This document shows positions 56,575 to 64,000 of a stretch of DNA of 64,000 nucleotides, piece by piece. Both the position numbers and the translations under genes were made by a program. The notes under the pieces are model-generated. The model did not search any database and was not told where the DNA came from. It worked only from the letters and a program-made list of their open reading frames with translations. Each line of letters opens with the position of its first letter. The stretch's first letter is position 1. The stretch is taken from contig OX597821.1 of the NCBI GenBank assembly GCA_951406725.2, forward strand, positions 21,390,001 through 21,454,000, given 5' to 3'. The stretch is from Octopus vulgaris (lineage: Eukaryota).

Positions 56575-56910
56575 ATGGAACCTCTTCATTCATGAATGAC
56601 CATGGGATTGTACCTCGAGGGTTCCCCTCCAAGACACAAGTCCGGGCAAGGTTGTTTTATGGAAGACCAGCAGTCGCCCACGCATAACAGCCCCCCTCCC
56701 TCCATGTCACCGGTGTTATTCAAGGGAAAGGCAAATACCTTTAGAGCTTGGTGCCCTTGTGACATCGCAACTCCTTTCTACAGCGGAGTAAACTGGAGTA
56801 ACGTCAGAAAACAGTATCTTGCTTAAGAACAAATCCTACATACTGCTCCAGGAATCGAACACATCGCCTCATGATGGTGAGCCTAATGCTTTAAACACTG
56901 AGCCATGCGC
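56575..56910 (-). mobile_element. SINE with B'-like head and a distinct tail
   Basis: Minus strand gcgcatggctcagtgttta...gttcgattcctgg...ctccagtttactc, then a unique GC-richer body. Confidence 0.65.
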
Positions 56911-57214
56911 ACAAATTGGCCAATTAACATAGTCATTAGGACAACGTTAGAAATACCTCCAAAATTTATTCAGCTCCTTTAGCTCTGAGTTCAAATCACA
57001 CAGTCCCCCAGTTTGTTGGGTGACTTAATCTGTCACCCTATATAACGTCAAAATGTGTTTCTTAGTTGCCTTGATGGGAGACCTTTTCATTCTAACATGT
57101 TTTTTAGGTCCAGGTTCTTGTTTGACGATAGCTACCTTTGTTACTCCCACATTCCTGAGAAACTCTCAGTCTGGTCAAAGGCTCAACAAACATGCCGTTG
57201 GTAAACGATTATAA

Positions 57215-57353
57215 CCTCTCTCTATCTCTCTCTATCTATCTCTATCTCTCTCTATCTCTCTCTCTATCTCAGTCTCTCTCTCTCTCTATCTATCTATCTA
57301 CCTACCTACCTACCTACCTATATATCTATCTATCTATCTATTTATCTACCTAC

Positions 57354-57393
<40 letters not shown>

Positions 57394-57397
57394 TTAT

Positions 57398-57444
<47 letters not shown>

Positions 57445-57461
57445 CCTACCTACCTACCTAC

Positions 57462-57519
<58 letters not shown>

Positions 57520-57550
57520 GTATGTCTGTCTGTCTGTGTTTCTCTCTCTC
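57215..57550. repeat. (CT)n/(CTAT)n/(CTAC)n microsatellite
   Basis: Direct reading. Confidence 0.95.
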
Positions 57551-58322
57551 TATTCTAACAACGGCCGGAGTATGACTCTTAAAACTGATATGCGCAGCTC
57601 CTGATATAATATTTCAGGGGTTTTTTTTTACCCCTAAAACACTATTATGTGGCAGGAATTAATTAATTAATTAATTAACCACAACCAGTGGACCTCTATA
57701 GCAATATCTATACTAATTTATAAATATAACTTTAAAAATATACAATGGCTCTTGTGCATGAATACAATCATACGTAGCTCCTATGAAACAACTTAGCCTT
57801 TCTTGGTCTGTACATTTAACCTTAACAATCAACGTCTATCGATCAAGCCAATATACCTAAATTATATCGATCTATAGAATCAATATAGGTGCACTGTATC
57901 GATCTAGTTAGTCCACACCACCACACAACATCTACTTTCAAAATTAATATATACTTACTGTGTCTATATATGCTGTCTCTGTCTATAAGCCGTGAGTATG
58001 CATTTTGTTATCATCAACAAAACTGTGAATATATATTCAATGAACATCTCTGCGAAGTGTTTATCTATTTAGCCATCATATACACACAGTGTCTATATAT
58101 TCAATCATCTATATACTGCCTATAAAATCCCTCAACATTCATACTGTCAATAATTTGAGAACATATTTTCTATAAATATACACAATTATTCCATCAAGAT
58201 CTACAAAATATATTTATATATTCAGTCAACATTTCTCATTGTGTTTATCTTGCCAGCTTATATGAGAAGCTTCTGTCTATCGTTTGAATGTATTATGCAT
58301 AAGGATTTGGATTTAACGCTTT

Positions 58323-58416
58323 TTCTCACTGCTATTTGCTTTTTTTTTTTATCTTTACAGGTAAGTGAGGCTTTTTAAATAATACGTATTTCCGAATAAG
58401 TTTCAGATAGGTGAGT
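58323..58416 (+). promoter_or_regulatory. Candidate recursive splice site (ratchet point) with a 50-nt cryptic exon
   Basis: Branch-like ttCTCAC, long T tract, TTTACAG|GTAAGT at 58360/58361 and a second donor AG|GTGAGT at 58410/58411. Confidence 0.65.
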
Positions 58417-58448
58417 GACCTGTTTATTTTTGCATGCATATTGAGTAA

Positions 58449-58532
<84 letters not shown>

Positions 58533-59019
58533 AATATATATATGTATATATATATATATAGTTACGTTACGATGTAACACTTTATATATGGTAAAAAATT
58601 ATGTATAAATGTGTGTACGTGAATTATGAATATATCATGAGTTATGAATATATGCGTGTGGGTGATTGAAAGTGTATTTCTAGAAATAGCAAACAAAGAA
58701 GCTCTAGAATGATGGGAATAAGTAAAGTGAGGGTGGGAGTATAATACTTTGCCGTCGAGTTGGTTTTAGAAATGTAGCATAGGAGAGGATGGATAATAGA
58801 TGGAGAGAGGGAAAGTGAGTAACAGTGTATGTATGTAGAACAATATAACATCAAAACACGAAGAGCGAAGTTGGAGTGAGAGAGAGAGAGAAGTGCTTCT
58901 GATAGAAGGAAGCAGAAAAGTAAAGGTGATGAAATGAAAAGAGTCAAGAGATATAAATTATGGTATAGAAAATAATCCCTTTTACTGAATTGTGAACAAA
59001 ATTGCGTAATGTATTTAAC

Positions 59020-59515
59020 TGTTGCTGAGTTCGAACTCAGGTGAGATTAAATCGACCTTTCATTGTTATGAGTTCGATAAGTGCCAATAAACTGTAGGTT
59101 CGAGAGATTAGGGCGGAGGTTTAGGGCATTAAGAGAGTCGGAGGAATTTCTCTTGTGACATTCAGTTACAACTTGTTACGTTTACATTTCAAATCGTGCC
59201 AAGGTCACATTCACCTTTCCTTCCTCGTCGTTCAATAGAATAATGTACCAGTCAATTACCGGGGGTTTTGGTACGACTACTCCCTCTTTCTTAAATTGCT
59301 GGTATTGTTCCAAAATAAAAGAAGTCGGTGAACCGGCAGAAACGTTAGGACGTTGACATTTTGTGGTATGCAGAACGTTCTTGGTTCAAATTCCATCAAG
59401 GGCGACATTGCCTTTCATCCTACCTTGGCCGATAAAATAAGTACAAGTTAAGCACTGAGTAGCCATTTCCCGCTCCCGTGAAAATTTCTGGCTCTTGACC
59501 CAAAATTGGAAAAGA
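59020..59515 (+). mobile_element. Three tandem decayed family C SINE fragments
   Basis: Repeated ttcaaat/ttcgaac...aggtc...cctttcat motifs. Confidence 0.6.
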
Positions 59516-60225
59516 ATTGATATAAAGTTGAGGTGGCCAGTTTGCAGAATCGAAGCAATCATTTGGATCCCACACCACGCAGAAACTTTTCATGCTTTGT
59601 TCCTATAGCAGAAAGCATTAATTTTGAGTCATATCATTTACCATTATAACTTCGTACATCACTTCTAGTTTAGTATTTTATAATGTTACCATGATTGGAA
59701 ACTGATTGTACGAAAAACTATCGGTACATGATGCAAACAAGATTTTCCCCTCTCCGAGGTACATACCCTCGGAGTAGAAGGCAAATGACAATGCCATGCG
59801 ACAAGAATTTTATGTCAGGTTTTGCACTAAGAACACAGAGAGTCAGAATAGATTCTGACGGACATATTCCCCAAAGCTCTATAAAATATTGCTTATCAGT
59901 TGATCTGAACTGGTATTTGATTTATCAGTACCAAAAAGACGATGACAGACAAATGTTAAAAGCCGCCGGATTTCACCGCAAGCCGGATAGAGTTGGATAA
60001 AGCAACACTGTGAGACATTCTGTCCCGCATATTATTCCACTCTACCAAATTAGCCTCTTTGTTAACATCATTAGAGCATCGGACAAAATTCCTTCCGGTT
60101 CTTGTTCAAATTGTGTTTTCAAATTGAAATGTGGTTCTAATTAAATGTGGCTTTAACTAAAAAAGAAAAACGTACTCGTCGTGTAGTAGGGGCGATTTAC
60201 TAGACAATAGTCCTAGATAAGATGT

Positions 60226-60518
60226 GAAGGCACATGGCCTAGTGGTTAGAGCAGTGGACTCGCGGTCGAAGGATCGCGGTTCGAATCTCAGACCGGGCGA
60301 TATATGTGTAAATGAGCGAAACACCTAAGCTCCACACGGCTCCGGCAGAAGGTAATGGCGAACTTCTGCTGACTCTTTCGCCACAACTTTCTCTCATTCT
60401 TTCCTCCTGCATCTTGCAGCTCACCTGCGACGGACCAACGTTCCGTCCAGGTGGGGAACTTATACGTCAAGGAAACCGGGAAACCAGCCCTTGTGAGCCA
60501 GGCGTGGCTCGAGAAAGA
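60226..60518 (+). mobile_element. SINE with family B head and alternative tail
   Basis: Collinear with 17118-17421. Confidence 0.88.
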
Positions 60519-60931
60519 ACTAGATATGTGTGATCATGGGTGTATATTAGAATATCACTATCTATGAAGAATTTTATTCTTAGAATGACACACAAGATGC
60601 TGTACGGTAGTTAGCAATGTACTTATTCAATACATCCTTCAGTCGAAAGTTGTTTTGTCGAGATGTAACCGGGTATCGATGGTCTGTCTCGTATTTTTGG
60701 GGGAAAATTGTTCCGGTGCCAATTAAATGTTGTAGGGTCTTTTTGATAAAATATATTGTAATTTAATATAATAAACTAAAATAGTACAATCATATGTTAT
60801 ATATATATAGGAATTTCTATACATTATTCTTTTATCTACATTTAAAAGCAATATCTCACGACTATTTAGCTATTATGGTATAATTAACATGCGGTTTCGC
60901 ATAATAGCATTTACCCAAGCAACGCCGGGTA

Positions 60932-60991
<60 letters not shown>

Positions 60992-61000
60992 CATAAATAC

Positions 61001-61033
<33 letters not shown>

Positions 61034-61165
61034 TGTATGTATGCATGTATGTATGTATGTATGCATGTATGTGTGTATGTATATGTATACATACACATAT
61101 ATATATATATATGTATGTGTGTGTATGTATATGTATTTATGTATGTATGTATGCATGTATGTATG

Positions 61166-61210
<45 letters not shown>

Positions 61211-61221
61211 GTATATATATG

Positions 61222-61290
<69 letters not shown>

Positions 61291-61341
61291 TGAGGCAAAT
61301 CGTTGCTAAACCCTTAATTACTTAGTATGTATATATATATG

Positions 61342-61407
<66 letters not shown>

Positions 61408-61823
61408 GGTTTGCCTTTTTCTAACATGATTTTGCGAGGGTTGTTGGCATTCAGACATAGAGTATGTAAAACTATAAATATAGTGAATAATGATTTTAAC
61501 ATATTGGAACAAGGCCACGAATTTGTACCAAGAGAGTGTGTGAACGAGAAAGAAAATGTGATGGAAAAATAGAGAAAGCGGGAGCCAGAAATAGAGAGAT
61601 AGGGAAAGCAGATAAAGACAGTGTTGAAATGAGAAGAAATTGATTCGACCCAGTACACAGCTGGTATTTGTATTATAGTCATGGTGATGATGAAAGGTAA
61701 AGTTATAGCTATGAAAGAGAGAATCGTATGTATGTGGTTTCAAAACTCTCTCATTTCTTTCTCTATCTCACCTTTTCCGCTAACACATCTCTCTCACTAT
61801 ATCGCTCCTAATTATTCTCTATC

Positions 61824-62411
61824 TTGATTTATATTTTACTTTCATTATATTATTTAATGGATGTTGTTTATGTTGATATTGTTATTGTTATTGTTGTTAT
61901 TTTTTCTCTTAATGTTTTATTTTTATCGAGTTATATGTAAATAGGAATAGAATTTAACCTTCAATTCTACAGTCTCTGATATCCCCACAGTCCACTTTTA
62001 TGATATGTTTTAAACATTGGAGGTTTAATGTCATAAAAAGAGGGGAGAATAGAGAATGAATGATGAGTGAATGAAAGATGGTGAAATGACAAAAACATAG
62101 AGAATAATTATGAGCGATATAGTGAGAGAGATGTGTTAGCGGAGCGATGTGAGATCGAGAAAGAAATGAGAGAGTTTTGAAACCACAGCAACAATGAATT
62201 ACCAGCGAGAAGAACAAAATGGTGGGTATCAGTAAAAAACAAAAGTAGACCAAAAAAACAGACAACTATATAAACTGTACTCGTCATCGTTCACTTGGTT
62301 CTATTGATTTATATTTTACTTTCATTATATTATTTAATGGATGTTGTTTATGTTGATATTGTTATTGTTATTGTCGTTATTTTTGCTCTTAATGTTTTAT
62401 TTTTATCGAGT
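61824..62411. repeat. About 108-bp near-identical direct repeats (61824-61931 and 62304-62411) around a purine-rich spacer
   Basis: ttgatttatattttactttcattat...ttttatcgagt occurs twice with about 2 differences. Confidence 0.9.
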
Positions 62412-62631
62412 CATAACAAAGAATTTCCGAAATATCGCTACTAGGACATTATGTATGATTGTACTTGTAAATGTAAACTTATACTCAAACATAGAATCAC
62501 ACATAGAAATGCACTTGCGCATATATATATACACATATATACATACATATATATATGCATGTATGTATGTGTATATATAAATATATATATATGCATATAT
62601 ATATATGTGTATATACATATGCATATATGTA

Positions 62632-62676
<45 letters not shown>

Positions 62677-63515
62677 TTATATACATGCTTGTATGCATAT
62701 AAATCAACACATGTATACGTACATACTTTTAAACGTATGTATGTGTTAGAACTAATGTACCACCTTGCTTAACACCACAATCTGCTTCTCAGGTACCCTC
62801 AGTAAAGTACTCTATATTTCAAATATTCGTAACCCACTTACTTCCGAGACTACGTTCCTCTTGCGAAAGCTGACTTACGGGCATTTTTCGAAATCCTTCG
62901 AAGACATCCAGGAATATACGGAAACTATTTTATTCTCAACCTTTACGAACGACTCACGAATGGAGTTAATAAAATATAGCCGCACATTTATAACATATAA
63001 AGAAATAGGCAGACATCTGAATATAACCAGTGAAATATTGTGTCAGTAACGTAGCTTTCTTGGATTGTCACGTGATGTGACAAATGACGGAATGGAATAT
63101 ATTATGTAAATAAGCCATGGATCTGCCATTGCTGAAATAATACCTCATAGACTTTACAGAAAAGACTTACATAAATTCAAAGACTTACATACAGAAAACA
63201 AATCTTTAAAATCTGCCATCGAATTTTTGATCACTATAGTAACAAAGTCGATATTTTGGAAATAGCCAGAACTAGTAATTGTTTTTATGAAGGCATCATG
63301 GGTAATTAATATCTCGCTTTCGTACACATTTACGTTTTGGGCTTACGATTGTTAGGTCAGGTGTTCGATTCTAGGATTGGGCGGAACATTTTATACCCGA
63401 TCAATTTGCTACATAACACACTGTTAGAATCTACTTGGCTGAGAATGGATAAATGATTACCAGTCATATCAGCGTGAAAATTAACATATGTGACGAACTG
63501 GTATCCCATTCATAG

Positions 63516-63735
63516 GGCGGCGAGCTGGCAGAAACGTTAGCACGCCGGGCGAAATGCTTAGCAGTATTTTGTCTGCCGCTACGTTCTGAGTTCAAATTTT
63601 GCCGAGGTCATCCTTTCTGGGTCGATTAAATAAGTACCAGTTACGCACTGGGGTCAATAAAATCGACTTAATCCGTGTATCTGTCCTTGTTTGTCCTCCC
63701 TGTATTTAGCCCCCTGTGGGTAGTAAAGAAATAGG
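63516..63735 (+). mobile_element. SINE family C
   Basis: Matches 23086-23316 with a short deletion. gtatcccattcat flanks both sides as a probable TSD. Confidence 0.9.
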
Positions 63736-64000
63736 TATCCCATTCATGAGTGATTCTTGTACTCTAAGTCACTTAAATGACAAAGAACCAGCAACAGGTT
63801 CCAGCCCAAGGAGCCTTTAGATACGAGACACAAATGTAATTTTGATATATATGCATCTATGCACATCTGATTGAATATACAGACTCTCAAACACACATAT
63901 CCCGCTTTATACGTGTGTACTCTTTATTCTTCTACTTGTTTCGGTCAGTTGACTGTAGCCAAGCTGGAGTACTGCCTTGAATGGCTTTAGTCGAACAAAT

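Noticed and set aside
62765-63049. 94-aa ORF in non-simple sequence
   Set aside because: It has a TTG start, no recognisable motif and no clear splice signals.

Overview
Eukaryotic, AT-rich, repeat-saturated non-coding DNA. The tRNA-derived SINEs, the R4/Dong-type LINE relics and the microsatellite load point to an octopus genome (inference from repeat recognition, not from a search). I see no intact protein-coding gene. Nearly all ORFs in the track are microsatellite or SINE read-throughs. The recognisable coding relics are all broken transposons: a DD37D (maT-type) and two mariner DNA transposons, several R4/Dong-type RLE LINE fragments in (TAA)n tracts, and a Penelope-like element with RT and GIY-YIG domains. 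Non-autonomous elements include three SINE families (about 35 copies or fragments), a mariner MITE, a Helentron-type HINE and foldback elements. Two signals stand out. (1) About a dozen type I hammerhead ribozyme motifs from several sequence-unrelated families sit in short non-coding units embedded in microsatellites. Four have a fully intact catalytic core (12847, 19247, 45796 on +; 35458 on -). Most have a long helix II and a short, self-complementary helix III. (2) A strong candidate recursive splice site (polypyrimidine-CAG|GTAAGT plus a donor 50 nt downstream) at 58360 suggests the window lies in a very long + strand intron. All folds and alignments were done by eye, and element boundaries are approximate.
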